Below, one piece after another: positions 26,598 through 39,202 of a stretch of 64,000 nt of DNA. Below the pieces are notes generated by a model. The model was not told the origin of the DNA. It made no database searches and saw only the letters and a program-made list of their open reading frames with translations. The stretch's first letter is position 1; every line of letters starts with the position of its first letter. The position numbers were made by a program, and so were the translations under genes. Origin of the DNA: Vicugna vicugna (Eukaryota). The DNA lies in assembly GCA_013265495.1 (NCBI GenBank), contig MU058844.1, positions 4,269,535 to 4,333,534 on the forward strand, read 5' to 3'.

Positions 26598-26865
26598 GAC
26601 AACATTGCTCAGTGTTTAAGAACATAGAATCTGAAGTTAATGTGAAGATGAAGCTCAGCTCTACCACCTTCTACTTTTGTGGCCTTGGACTTCTGAACAA
26701 ACTTCTTACTTTTCTAAGTCTTAATTTCTAGCAGCTGTTTCTTGTTTAATGGGAAAAAATAATATCTACTACCTAAGGTTATCACGAAGAATATGAGATA
26801 ATGTATTAAAAGCTTTTAGTGGAGAACCTACCTAACTGTAAGTGCTCAATAAGGATTTGTTGAAA
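26598..26865 (+). mobile_element. MIR SINE
   Basis: CAGTGTTTAAGAACATAGAATCTGAAG...CAGCTCTACCAC...TACCTAAGGTTATCACGAAG...GTAAGTGCTCAATAA. Confidence 0.75.
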
Positions 26866-27949
26866 GGTAAGAAAGGAAAATGCTTAGAGAGGAGGGTGGA
26901 AAGGGAAAGGGAATCTGATTCTAAATTTAAACATAACCAGGAGGAGCAGAGGTTGGAGAGAGGATTGTTTGCAAGGGGTGAAAATGGAGAAGCAATAGCC
27001 AAACACAAAATGACTTTTGCAAAACACAGGCTGTCCAAATATTTTATACCCTCATAAAAATTACACAGTTCAACCATGAAGTTTTAGTTGCTGGACAAAC
27101 TTATTTACCTTTGTACTTTCTTTTTATTGTATATATATTTCCAATATTTCTGCTATGCTATATATATATATACACACATTTCTGTTTAAAGCAAATCTAG
27201 AAGATGCCATTTAATCCTGAAGTTGCAAAAAGTAAGCAGGAGAGGGTGGGGCTGTCTTTAAAAGAAAGCACACGTAAAAATTATGAGAAATTTTCCCTCT
27301 GGCTGGCAAAATGATAACATGTGTCTGGCCTTAGTTTCCTCCCCCTCGTTATAGACCAGTGCCAAAGGAATCCCCAAACATCCAGTTACTGTTTTACTTT
27401 GTACTGAACCACAGTTGAAGCTTTGATGCCTTCTGTTTCTTCTCAACTGGAAAGGATATTCATTCCTGCCCAGCTCAAAGCTGATCTCCCTCACACTCGA
27501 ACGTACATTCTGCCATTAAATCTCAAACTGCCTTGACATGTTGTTGTAATACCTCACGGATGTGGAAAGTCAGTTGTGACCTAATGTGAAACGTGGGAAA
27601 AGATGGGACCGGGATGCTCCTAGATGTGTTCTTACACTGGCACAACAAATCATACTTTCTGTGGTTGAGCACTAGAGTCAATATATAAATTAGCTCTTAT
27701 TTCCTTTCTGTGTGCTGCTAAATTGTGTTACTTTTTTTTTTTTTAAGAAATAAATTGGGCTTAGGAGCTATTGTACCTTTGGTCCGTCTCACACAACTGA
27801 ATTCTGTAGTGGGATTGTAACCATGGGAGAGTGCCTAAAGATCTCATTTCATAGAAAAAAAAATTCAGCAGGAACACTTTAGCTTTTTAAGACAAGTTTT
27901 CCTGTATTTCTGCTGTGCTACAAAAGATCCCTGATATGGTAACCATGGA

Positions 27950-28122
27950 GGACTTATTAGACGGCAATATCATGCTTGGGACTTTACCTAATTATATTTG
28001 ATCCTCAGGACAACCTTATTAAAGAAGATATTATAATCAGAAAAATGAGTCTGAGAGATGTTACTTACCCAAAGTTATAAAGTCAAAAGTAATGCTGGGT
28101 GTTGAATCCTGTCTGAGTAAAA
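27950..28122 (-). mobile_element. degraded MIR
   Basis: ATTTGATCCTCAGGACAACCTTAT...AAAATGAGTCTGAGAGATGTTACTTACCCAAAG. Confidence 0.6.
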
Positions 28123-28134
28123 ATGTTTGAGGAA

Positions 28135-28300
28135 TGCATTTATTCAATAATAATTCCATGGGCAAATTTTGTACTTCACCAGAGAGGTTTTAGGCACCTA
28201 TGCTGAGCAAGGCATTGTCCTGGCACTGGGAATATGCCAGATCAGAGGCCAGAGACAATCTTCATACTCATGAACCTTCCAATCAACCAAGGAGAGAGAT
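28135..28300 (-). mobile_element. L2 3' end fragment
   Basis: CATTTATTCAATAA...GCACCTATGCTGAGCAAGGCATTGTCCTGGCACTGGGAATA. Confidence 0.6.
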
Positions 28301-29819
28301 ACTTAAAAACTGCATTTAATAAGACAAAGAGATCCCGTGGGCAAATGTTCACAGATTCCATCTCCCTCAGAGAGCCAAATGGGAAAGAAGAGCCCACTTC
28401 CCATTCTACCATGACCCTGCCCCAACTAAGAGAAAGAGAATCTTAAGAGAAGGAAGATCAGTCTATATAAAAAATACACACTTGTAATTTTTAGTAGCAA
28501 ATATAGTATTATTACAAAATATAATATAAAAACATACATGTATAGGTAAATAAATACTAGATTGAACATGCATGCACCCATCACTCAGGCCAACAAATAC
28601 CCTTTAAGATTCAATCTGCTCATTCTTGATGTGTCAAAGAAGTCAGAATCAGCTGAAATTCTGAAATAATAGTAATTTACAGAGTCATGCTGCTTACAAG
28701 TAAGAATAATTACTTATAACTGGCTATAAATAACAACTTATAAGTAACTTAAATAATGACATATTTAACTTATTCTATTTAATCACTGATAACATGACTA
28801 TGAGCAAATCCAAGCATGTCAATAACCATGGTTCCTTTTAAAAGTTCTAGCTGATTCAAACAGAAATTTACTTGGTAGCACAAATGTTAAGTGTTCTGAC
28901 CAAGGTTAAGACAGAGATGGCAATTCACAAGGGATTCATGCAGAAAATCAAAGTAGGGCCAGAGTAAGTGGCCAGCCCAGTGCTAGGAGATGGGACCAGC
29001 TGAAAGAAAATGTTTCTGGCCTCAGTAAAGTATACGTAACCTGGTAAAAAACAATATATATTACTGATTTTCAGTCCCAGCTGATACTGAGCTGCTGTCA
29101 GAAACTCACCCATTCATGGCATGGAGTAAGTTATTCAACGACGTTACCCCATATATTTACGGCGTTTAAGAAAACATACACTGAAACAGTTCATTCAAAA
29201 TTGATTGTTTAGATGTTATTTTTAACAATTCCCTCACTGGCATTTAAAATGTTTTATTTCCTACCACACAAAAAAAATGTTGCTGCTTTATGAATAAACA
29301 GTTTAATTTTAGATAAGCTCCTTTTCTCTGATTTATGGCATTTGGTTAAAAAAAAAATCCCAAAGCAGCCAGGAGCTTAGTCACAGATGTTAGCACCAGG
29401 GGTAGTAACAGTAAAGGGCTCTGACTTCAAAGAGTTAGGGAAGATTTGTCACATGGAATAAAAAGTGCGGATGTTTCAGACATCGCAAGTGGCAGAAAGG
29501 GCCAGAAACACAGAAATGAATGTGTGGAGATCAATGTCTGCTGCGTGTTGTGTTTTCAGACTTCCTTCACTCTTCAGCAACCATCCAGACACCCATATTT
29601 ATCCCCCTTTTCTGTGCCTGTGACCCCACATTAATTTTATCTTGAATGACCTCCTCTCCTACCACCATGTCACTCTACTCAAAACTCCTTTTTGGCAAGC
29701 TGGAAGATGAATATGTTTATGATTGGAGAGTTTTGTGAGTTGATTTGCACTTCGCAGTAACAGAGCACTCTTCCCCACATTTATCCAGGAAATTGAAAAG
29801 TGTTATCAGATCTCTGTCC

Positions 29820-30060
29820 TTTGATGTTGGCCCCACATTCAGACAGGTTCTTTCTACCATATGGCCCCCAGCAGGGACAGGGTTGCACCGTCCTTAATGG
29901 CCACAAGCTCAAAAGAAGATTCCTTTCTTCCTGGCATTTTTATCAATTCCTAGAAAGGATTCTGATTGGCTGAGACTGGATTTATGCCTGAATCCCATGG
30001 CTAGGGAGAGAGGTGAGGCATGACTCAATTTAGGGTACCACTAGGGAGAGAAGGTACATC
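29820..30060 (-). mobile_element. MLT1-type LTR fragment
   Basis: CATTCAGACAGGTTCTTTC...ATGGCCCCCAGCAG...GATTCTGATTGGCTGAGACTGG. Confidence 0.5.
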
Positions 30061-32149
30061 TGAAAGGAAATCAGAGCAAGGATGCAGCACTCAAACAAAG
30101 CCAATTCTAGGAGGCAACTTGAAAAGAACCTGACAGTAGCCCCTCAATGACCCAGATCTCAGGCAGGCAACAGGAAGACATCAATGTATTGTGCACAAAA
30201 CAGTGCTTGGTAACCACCTTTTACTGCATGGCCATCTTTGGGATAAAGGATCATGAGGTGACTAAGATGTTAATAACAGGAAACTACCAGCATCCTTAAA
30301 ACAGTTGGGAGAAGGTGTTCTTACTGGAGCCTAGAAGTCAGTTCGTTTGACAGAAACTGAGATCCACAAAAAAAAGTAGCCACGTGGTGGGGACTGGCAC
30401 CAAGTTACTTGTCTCTATTGGGGTTGCAGCACCATCCAATTACAGCCTCCTTAAAGATTTCTAAATATATGCCCTATTTCTTATCCTTTGCTGGATAAGC
30501 ACAGTGATTTTATTAGTGCTTAGTTATTATAAAATGTTGGATTGTAAAATGTCAATAATGTAATATACTTGCTTAGGAATAGTTACATCCTGGAATGTTT
30601 CAGTTTAATCACTTCGTCCACTAAAGACAGACTACGGGGCATTATTTAAAAATATCTTAGGAAAACTGCCTCCAGAAGATATTCAAACACACACACACGC
30701 ATTAATATCTGCAGAATATGACTAGACCTTGTAGAAATCCTGGTGCATTATATTTTGCTACAAAAGGTATACAAGAATATAAAAGGTTAAAGTTACAGAA
30801 ATAAAAGATTGAATCAGTATCTCTTGGAACAGGGTTATTTTAACTTTGGTTTATTTTTTGAAGGATAACTTGCAGATCTTATTGAGTGAAGTCCATGGAA
30901 ACTGAAAGGAAATGACAGAAAAATGTAGATGCAGTTTAAAATCCTTAGGAAATTAAAGAATTTTGCAATACAGCCACTGCAACCCAATGAATAAGCATGC
31001 ACTAATGATAATCAATTTACGAAAATATTTTTCCAGACTTTATACCTGAGCAAAAGCCACACATACAGACTAGAATTACAATTTTCTCTATCTGAAAGGC
31101 TGATAAAAAGTGAAAAACACACAACTGCCTTCAAAACCAAATTCATACTGAAGTAATTAGAGTAATAGCCATGGAAATCACATATGATGCTAAATAAGAT
31201 TGAAAATTCATTTTAATGTACAGTTTTACAGTAACTTTTAAATGTATGCTTCCATAATAGTACTTTCAACTAAGGATCTAAGCTATATTAATGATAAAAA
31301 TGTATTTGATGTCTTAATATACAAGTATACCATCATATTTCACCAAAAATATTCCTGTGATCTTGGATGTATTGTCAGCACACAATTTTATACTTCAAAG
31401 ATGATAGGAAAAACTCTAGGCAACTTGTAGGTTTTTACATGGCAACAATTCTTACAGGAAAAAAATAAAAGATTTATTTTTCAGTGACTTGTGAATCATA
31501 AAAAAATTTTTTTCCAATGCTATATCTAGGGAAAATGTGTTAGAGTTTTAAATTCCACATTGGGCTCTAAATAGCTCTCCTAAATATCCAACAAATCATA
31601 ATAATAGCTTCTGCTGTCTTAATGTTTGAAGAATTGAAATATATTTTTGTTTCCCTAAGATTTTCTACTTTAGCATATCCTTCTGACTTATAATTTGACT
31701 TACACTTTTCCAGATAAAGTGTTGCAATGGAACTTTGATGTTGCAGTGCTAGCACATTTCTGTACCTTGACGGTTTGTACCTTGTGTCATTGAATATATA
31801 TGTTTTCCTTTTATGATTGAATATAAGCCTTGAGTATGCTAGGGGGAATTTTTATTCTATTCTATCCCTTCCCTTCCAGTTCCTTCATACCATTCCTTAG
31901 GAAAAGAGCGTTGCTGTGATAGACCAGGGTTAAGGGCATCTTATTTTTTCTGTGTCTAAAGAGCTAGGGGTGGATAGGCAGTCACCATATCAAGTTAAAT
32001 GTTAGCAAGTGAAAATGGTGCCATGTAGACATGAAACTTTCAGATGATCTCATGAGATGAAGAAAGATTAACTCTAGGGGCAGCTCTCTCCTAAAATTTG
32101 GCATGTCCTCTCCATTTATACACTTCAAGATTTCAATGGCAGGGTAGTT

Positions 32150-32265
32150 GTATCAATTAAGATAATCTAGGTTACAATGTAGTAATAAAAATCCCCCAAG
32201 CATCTGCAGCTTAAACAACAAAGATGTGTTTCTCACTAATGCTGCATGCCCAGTGCAGGTCATTT
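32150..32265 (-). mobile_element. MLT1-type LTR end fragment
   Basis: GTATCAATTAAGATAATCTAGGTTACAATGTAGTAATAAAAATCCCCC...GCTTAAACAACAAAGATGTGTTTCTCAC. Confidence 0.55.
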
Positions 32266-33300
32266 GCGGCAGAAGTATATGGCAGTAATAGGACCACTCG
32301 GTTATATAACCATGACGCTGAGCCACTTACTATGCATGCTGATATGCAAATTGTTTCTACTTTATTATGACTATTAATTCTATACTTAAAGTGTCAGTCT
32401 CCATGAGAATGGAAATAGAATGGTTAAAAAGATTTGCAGCTGTTATAGTCAGAGATGGTGTTTAATAATATCAACCATGAAATATAAAGACAGCTTTGAT
32501 GTTCTCCAATAGAAAATCATTTTGTTGGTAAGAATCAAACTGGAAGTTGGTCTCTTTTTTTTTTTCCAAAAGGAGTTGAGATAGAGTCCAACCCATTACC
32601 TCAGGGCCTTTAGAATACAGGGGCAGGAGTCACAGGGTACTCAGCAAGCATCAGAGAGCAGTAAAGCTGCACATATTCAGACAAGACCACTCCTGGCCAA
32701 TGCATAACTGACATGAAACATTTTGAAGAGCTGGGTACATTAAATAGTTATAATAAGGATTTGATGGCATTTGGTTATTGTTGAATTTAGGCTTATTTAA
32801 TGCCTTGATACCTTTCAGGATTTTTCAAGTATTTTAAAACAGACTCTATTTTGTAGGAAAAATGAAATAATTGATAGTTCTTTTATTTATACTTTTTAAT
32901 GCATTTTAATGATCTTGAAATAAAGAAATAACACTTATATACAAAATGGCATGGGGCACGAAGAAGAGGGTCTGTAGAACTGGGAGGGAGGGAAAGAAGA
33001 AGAGGAAGAGAATTAACTCCTTTATGCAAGCAAGAGTTTTCACAAAATCTGTCAGCAGAATAGGATTACAAGGTTATATCAGACCTCCATCATATATTAT
33101 GTGTGGTAGGCTCTAACATTTATGTTCCTATTAACAGTATAATAAAATGTCAATAATTCCAATTCCATATAGTTGGTTCTATCATTTATAATAATAATTT
33201 GTTGCTTTGGTTAAATGAAAAAACTAAGAAATCCCATCCAGGTATTGTTAAACATTGTGCTTTGGATGAGTTGGACTCAAATTTATAATTATAGGCAAAG

Positions 33301-33672
33301 TGTGGAGTTCAGAATACGATGGTAAGGAGAAAGAGAGAGGTCCAGGTCCTGTCCCTAGGAAAGGACAAATTCTCAGAAGGAAATTACTGTGAATCCATGA
33401 AAAGACTGAACCCTAAACCCCAGGCTCACAGTCTCAGCAAACATTTCTTTGTCAAGCTTGACCTGAGGACAGCAGAGCAGCCTTCCTTCCAGGGTCAGTG
33501 CAGGCATGACAGTAAAGACATCCGTAATTAGGTTAAGACTGAAGGTAAGGGTCCTTCCCCTATTTGATGAGTACCACATCCTCCTCAGACAAATCCTCAT
33601 GTGTCTCTAGAGAGGGGAGACTCCTCCCTTCAACAATATATGAGTTTTAATTTCCTAACTTCCCTAACCTTC
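33301..33672 (+). mobile_element. probable ERV1-like LTR fragment
   Basis: Begins TGTGGAGTTCAG, has higher GC than its flanks, and the segment GACTCCTCCCTTCAACAATATATGAG looks LTR-like; family not recognised. Confidence 0.35.
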
Positions 33673-33679
33673 GTTTCTT

Positions 33680-33825
33680 GTTTTCTAATTAAAATATCTC
33701 TGACATATAACATTGTGTAAATTTAAGGTGAACAACATGTTAACTTTTTACATTTATATATTGTAACATGATGGCCAATGTAGCAATAATTAGCACCTCT
33801 ATCATGTTACGTAATTATCATTTTA
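33680..33825 (-). mobile_element. L1 3' UTR terminal fragment
   Basis: TGACATATAACATTGTGTAAATTTAAGGTGAACAACATGTT...TAGCACCTCTATCATGTTACGTAATTATCATTTT. Confidence 0.75.
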
Positions 33826-34154
33826 AAAAAAAGAACAGAACAAGGAAGATGAGGTCCCTTCCCTCCACCTACTTATGAAATTCTGCCACCAAAGCTGCTC
33901 TTCCCTGATTTAGAATACTAAAGTGAACTGTTAGACCCTTATATCTTAAGATTCTTTCCAGGATAACTTTCATTTCTTATGAAGACTTTCTATTTGTTAA
34001 TTTTTCTTACATGATATTACCTCTTCCAAATTAATCCATAAGAACCTAAATAAAGCTAGACACTTCAATATACAAAAAAGAAATGTGACATTTCTTAAAC
34101 ACTTGGTTTCATGGAGTAAGTTTTTACCTGCCTTTTTTTTTTTTTGTCTAGATA

Positions 34155-35730
34155 TTCATTCATTCATTCATTCCAAAATACTGACCAAGTACTTATGTAT
34201 TAGGCATATTATTTGGTGTGTGTATATATAATACACACACACATTTGCCTATATATATGGCAAATAATATGCCTCTCTCTATATATGTATATAATGGTAA
34301 ACAAACCATTCATGTCCCCTGCTTTCATGAGCTTAAAGTTTGTGGGAGGATAGAGGTAACAATCAAAAGATAGATGTAATGGTTCTTCGAAGGAAAAGAA
34401 GATGGGATCATGGGAAAGAAGAGGAGATGGCATCCCTGGGTATTTAAGCGATGCACCAGTGGTGTGTAGTGTGAGGGGGAGAGATGGGCAAGCAGAAGCA
34501 AGAGCCATGAGACAGGAAAGAGCATGGCACATTGAGGAACTTAACAGAGGCCGGTGTGACTAGAGACTAGTGAACAAGGGGCACAGTGACATGAGATGTG
34601 TGGAACAGGCAGAGCCTGAATTTTACAGGGCTTTGCAGATCATGCTAAGTATTTTGGTCTTTATTCTAAAATCCTTTTGAAGGATTTTAAGTAGAGAGAG
34701 GTGATGTGGCTAGAAAAATGTTTTAAAATAATCATTCTGGTTACAGTGAAAAGAATGGACATGAGGAAGATTAAGAAGGCAAGTCCACCTTCTAGCAGTG
34801 CAAATTTGAACACATCTGTCATGGTCTAATCAAGGTGCAATAATGCTACTATGAAGGAAAAACCGGGCTGGTCTAACAAGATAACTCACAAGTCTAGGAA
34901 TGTGAAGGAGAGGCTGGGCTGGGCTAACAAGATAACTCACAAATCTAAGTATCGGAATACTGATCTGAGTTCTACTAGACTAACTTGTAAATCTAGGTTG
35001 ATTAGTGTTGGTTTGCTGTTCATGTTTTTTTGCTAGCCAGCTGGGTTTTCAAAGATACATAATCTGGCTTTGGAATGTTGGTTTGCTGTCACCCCGCCTC
35101 CACTTTTGTGATGATAATGTTGCTAAAGCTGTTCCATGCCTATTGGCCAAATACCCCAAGCTTGTACTTTACCTTGTAAAAAAACCTCATGCGCATGTCT
35201 TGGAGGTGCTCAGAGCTTCAGAGCAGAAGCCCCTCTGAGCCCGCCGGCGTAATACATCTGAGTACTCCAACCCTCCGAGTGGTGCTTGTTTCTTGGCTGG
35301 CCCGTCATTTCCGTAACACTATGGGACTATGGTAGTGGTTAGGAAGATAGAAACATGCTTTGGAGATAAAACTGACCGGAGTTGGGGAAGGTTTTAATAT
35401 TGGAGTTGAACAAGTCGATTGAGAGAAGATGATGCCTGTATTTTTTTACTGGGCCGATGACAGTGCCCTTCACTGGGAAAGTTGGATTTGGATAGGAATA
35501 AGAGTGCTCAAGGTTGGGGAAAAGAAGATTTGGTTTGGGACATGTTAAGTCTGACATCTTTATCAGACTTAATGTTCAAATATCAGGGTGACATTTAGAC
35601 ATACTAGCCAGAGCTGAAAACAAGATTTCCTGCTGGAGGTCTAAATCTGAGAGCCCTCACATAAATGTGATATTCACAGCAATGAATACTGCTAAGATCA
35701 CTTAGAAAGAGGGAATAGAGGAGAAAAGGA
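34155..35730 (-). mobile_element. L2 (3' end at left) split by an LTR insertion at 34852-35318
   Basis: (ATTC)n tail at 34155; GTCCCCTGCTTTCATGAGCTTA, GAAGGATTTTAAGTAG, ATAATCATTCTGG; resumes after the LTR with TTTGGGACATGTTAAGTCTGA. Confidence 0.85.
34852..35318 (+). mobile_element. young ERV1/gammaretrovirus-like solo LTR, 467 bp
   Basis: TGAAGG...GTAACA termini; flanks CTA(T)/CTAT look like a target duplication; 51-bp U3 tandem duplication; ATTGG (CCAAT) box, TGTAAAAAAA TATA-like and AATACA polyA-like motifs; CpGs retained (CCCGCCGGCG). Confidence 0.85.
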
Positions 35731-37519
35731 GTATACATGGAATATTAACAAATTGTTTGTAAATTTATCTATAATCCAAATTCCTAGGGAAAGAGAATGC
35801 AATTTGGGGGTCTATAATAATTCATTGTAATAAAATTCTGATAAATTAAACCAAATTTTTGAAGAATAAAACAGAAGAGGATCATCTCTACTGACCTTGG
35901 CCCAAAAGTTTACTTAAATCACAAATAGTTCTCTTTTCCATGAGTGTCAATGTCATTAACAAAATTCCAAAGGATTTTCTAGGAATCAGTGCATTTAAGA
36001 AGTAACTTGATGGGCTTATATGCTGGAGAGTAAAGGATAATTTACCATGATAATCAATTCAAATTGAGTATTACTTTCTTGGGCATTGTTAAATAATGTG
36101 TTAAATTTTCCTTTTCAGATTAAGAGTAACGGCTATGTTCTCTGGCTCTGAAAGGTTTTTAAGCTACAGGGAAGATTTTATTTTCAGAGTAGAAGCAAAT
36201 TAGACATTATAAGAGAATTCTTAAGGCCAAAAGAGTTTATTTAGAAAGTTAAAGCATTATTGCTGAGTGTAAACATTATTATGGTAATTATTGTCTTCAA
36301 GTATTTATTGTCAATAAAAACCTTTCCAAGTTTCTCAAGGGCACTTGCAGAGAGAGCTGTATATCTATTTTAAAGGAAGTATTAGGCAAACAACTTCAGA
36401 TGCTCTCAAACACTAGAGCCAGGAAATCTCTGAGGGTAGAAAACCTCCCACTACATTTGTCCTATTAAAATCCAATTATGCACAGAGAAAAGACAAGGGA
36501 ACAATAAATTAGAGAACAACATATGTTTGGCATAACACATATATTACAAATAGGCTTAACTATCATATGCTAGTTAAAGCTTCCAAGTGTTTTTCTCAGA
36601 AGTCTGAAAAAAAAAATCATGCAATGAAAGTTTAAAAAAACAAAAACAAAACCATGGAGTTTTAGAAAATGGATTCTAATTCATGAAAATACTGACTCAG
36701 CAACATCTTAACTGGTGATTTTCCTATAATGTGACCTTCTCTTATGTAATACATCGTCTACCTAACTGCCAGGCAAATATGATGAACATTTAGACACTGA
36801 ACAACCTCAAGCCACATCTCTATAAAAGTACAAAACACCTGAAAAGAATCTATCAGAATATATGAGTGTTAACAGTCACTTTTTAAAGTACTATCTGCAG
36901 CTGGATCATTTCAGTGAAATTGATTTCTCAAACTGGCTTCTTCCTTTTTCTTTTAAGACACTGGAAGCTTTAATAAAGTGACAAAGTGAAGAAAACTCAG
37001 TTTGTAGACCATTAGGCTTTCCATTTAAAGTAACACTGTGATGAGAGAAAAGAGACAGACTTTCGTTTGAAAACTGCCACTTTGATTTTGAAAATGAGAT
37101 TAAATGCCAAAGATATACTGCTGAATGTCCTAGAAAACCACTACCTCGGACTTTATGTCTAGACTTCAACAAGAGCCTGGCCAGAAGTCTAAGCAGAAAG
37201 GATGCCCATGCTGAAGTCCTGGGTTGGGTGCTCCTCGGCTCTCACCTCCTTGCCTTGTTGCAACAGCTTCTAAAGGACATTTTCATTATCCCTGAGAGCT
37301 ATGCATTTTGAGAATTTACTCCTGGTCAAAAGTCTTGAGCTGTCTGATCCTGGCCTTTTGTTTAATTAGGTAGCTCAGCCGAGAGAGATCACACCCTACA
37401 CCTTTACCTGTTGATGTCTTATGCAGCCTTCAAAGTCCTGCACAAAGAAGCAATATCCCGGGTCCCTCACTGTTAGGAATCCCTTTTCCACTGCATTCAG
37501 GGGTAACATCCTCAACAGC

Positions 37520-37770
37520 AGCAGCGCTGGCTGAGCTCCTTTGTGCCGAGCACTCTGCTGGGGCTACAGGGGTTAAACACTGTTTCTAACTGCAAAATCT
37601 CTGCAAGGAAATCATTATAACCCTCATTTCACAGGAAAAGAAAGCTAAGTAATGAGGTTCTGAATTGTGATTACTTGGTGACTCAAAGAAACCTAACTTT
37701 CTACCCAAAGTTACCTGGCTAGTGAAGAATAGAGAAATATTCAGCACAGAAGCCTGCCTCCCAATCCCCA
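37520..37770 (-). mobile_element. degraded MIR
   Basis: TGAGCTCCTTTGTGCCGAGCACTCTGCTGG...ATTATAACCCCTCATTTCACAGGAAAAGAAAGCT...CCCAAAGTTACCTGGCTAGTGA. Confidence 0.6.
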
Positions 37771-38429
37771 ATTTCCCCTGTCATTAGCATACATTGTTGT
37801 ATAGGATCCTAAGAGGTCTCCAGGAAGAAACTGGACTTTATCTTTTTATCCTCTAGCATTTAGCACAGCCTCTAGCCATGCAGAGAGCAGTGTGGCAGTA
37901 AGTGGTTAAACGTGTGGGGCCCTTTTTTCATCTTCTTTCTACTTTTTCATGTGGTAAATTTTTAAATACTCATCCAGAATGGACAATATCATGAGAGGTA
38001 AAAAAGCATTTTGATAAGCAGTTCAGTTCATTTGTCCATAGCTGGATATTTGAAATCTTTATAGATATGATTTTTGGAGATAACAAATCATCAGGAATTA
38101 CATGTGGCTCTGTTAGCTAGTTTGCAGCTGGATGAGTTCCTTTAGCAGAAAGGGGGAATGAGGTAACAGGTGACTTGGGGTTTGGATTTTGGTCTTCCTG
38201 GAGTTGAGACTGCTGGCAGTTGGCAGGACTCACCCATTGGAGTGGACCTAGGAAGCTTCACTGTCTGCCCAGATGGTAGAAGTGACGGGGCAAAGAACGC
38301 ATCAGGCCTCCCTGGAGGGAGAAGGAATGGTGATTTAAGATGTCTCACTTGGGCATTCAGGGACTCTAATGACCAGACCCTGTTCATCTCTCAAGCCACT
38401 GTGCCCATTCCTTACATTTTAAGCTCCAA

Positions 38430-39202
38430 CCATCATGAACAACAGCATTTGCCTTCCCCTGAATAAGCCAAGCTCTCTCTCATCTCAGGGGCTTGGACAT
38501 ACATTCCTCTGCCAAGCAAGCACTCTACCTGGCTCTCATTTCTCCATACCCTCTACCAACCCCAGGAATGTCTGTATGTAAGCAGGTTCAGATCAGCTTA
38601 AATGTCACCTCTTTCAGGAAGCCTTTCTGTCCCCTGAAAGTCCCCTAGCACCCTGTGCTCCTCCCACAACATGTATTACACTGTACCGTTCTTACACTGA
38701 ACTTTTTTCTCACCCACTAGACCTCCAGTAACTTGACTACTTACTACATGTTTGGTTACTATGATGGTAAATTTATATGTTAACTTGGTGAGGCCACAAT
38801 GCCCAGATATTTGTTTTAACACTATTCTAGATGTTAAATCAACAGACTTTGAGTAAACAGATTACTTCCATAATGTGAGTGGGCCTCTTCCAATCAGTTG
38901 AAGGTCTTAATAGAAAAAGATTGACCTCCTGGAGGAAGTGGGAATTCTGCCAGCAAATGGCCTTCATCCTGGAACTGCATCTCTTCCCTGGGTCTCCAGC
39001 CTGCTGGCCTACCCTGTGGAGTTTGGACTTGGCAGCCACCATATTTACACGAGCCAGTTTCTAAAAATCTCCCTTCCCTCCTTTTCTCCCCTCTCTCCCT
39101 CTCTGGAGAATGCTAACTAATACAGTTACCAGTGTATCTTTAGCACTGAGCACAGTACTTGGATTATAAAGCAGATTCAATAAAATTTGATTAGGTTGAA
39201 TC
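38430..39202 (+). mobile_element. L2 3' end interrupted by an MLT2 LTR
   Basis: CAGCTTAAATGTCACCTCTTTCAGGAAGCCTTTC, CCCACTAGAC; resumes 39130 TAGCACTGAGCACAGTACTTGG...TCAATAAAATTTG. Confidence 0.75.
38760..39124 (+). mobile_element. MLT2-type (ERVL) solo LTR with 5-bp TSD GTTAC
   Basis: TATGATGGTAAATTTATATGTTAACTTGG...TCTCTGGAGAATGCTAACTAATACA; GTTAC at 38755-38759 and 39125-39129. Confidence 0.92.

Noticed and set aside
29391..29408. TAGCACCAGGGGTAGT, CTCF-like
   Set aside because: Lacks the first core C and the GGC end; poor match.
34852..34953. Direct repeats that could suggest a CRISPR-like array
   Set aside because: Only two units with no unique spacers, inside a mammalian LTR U3.
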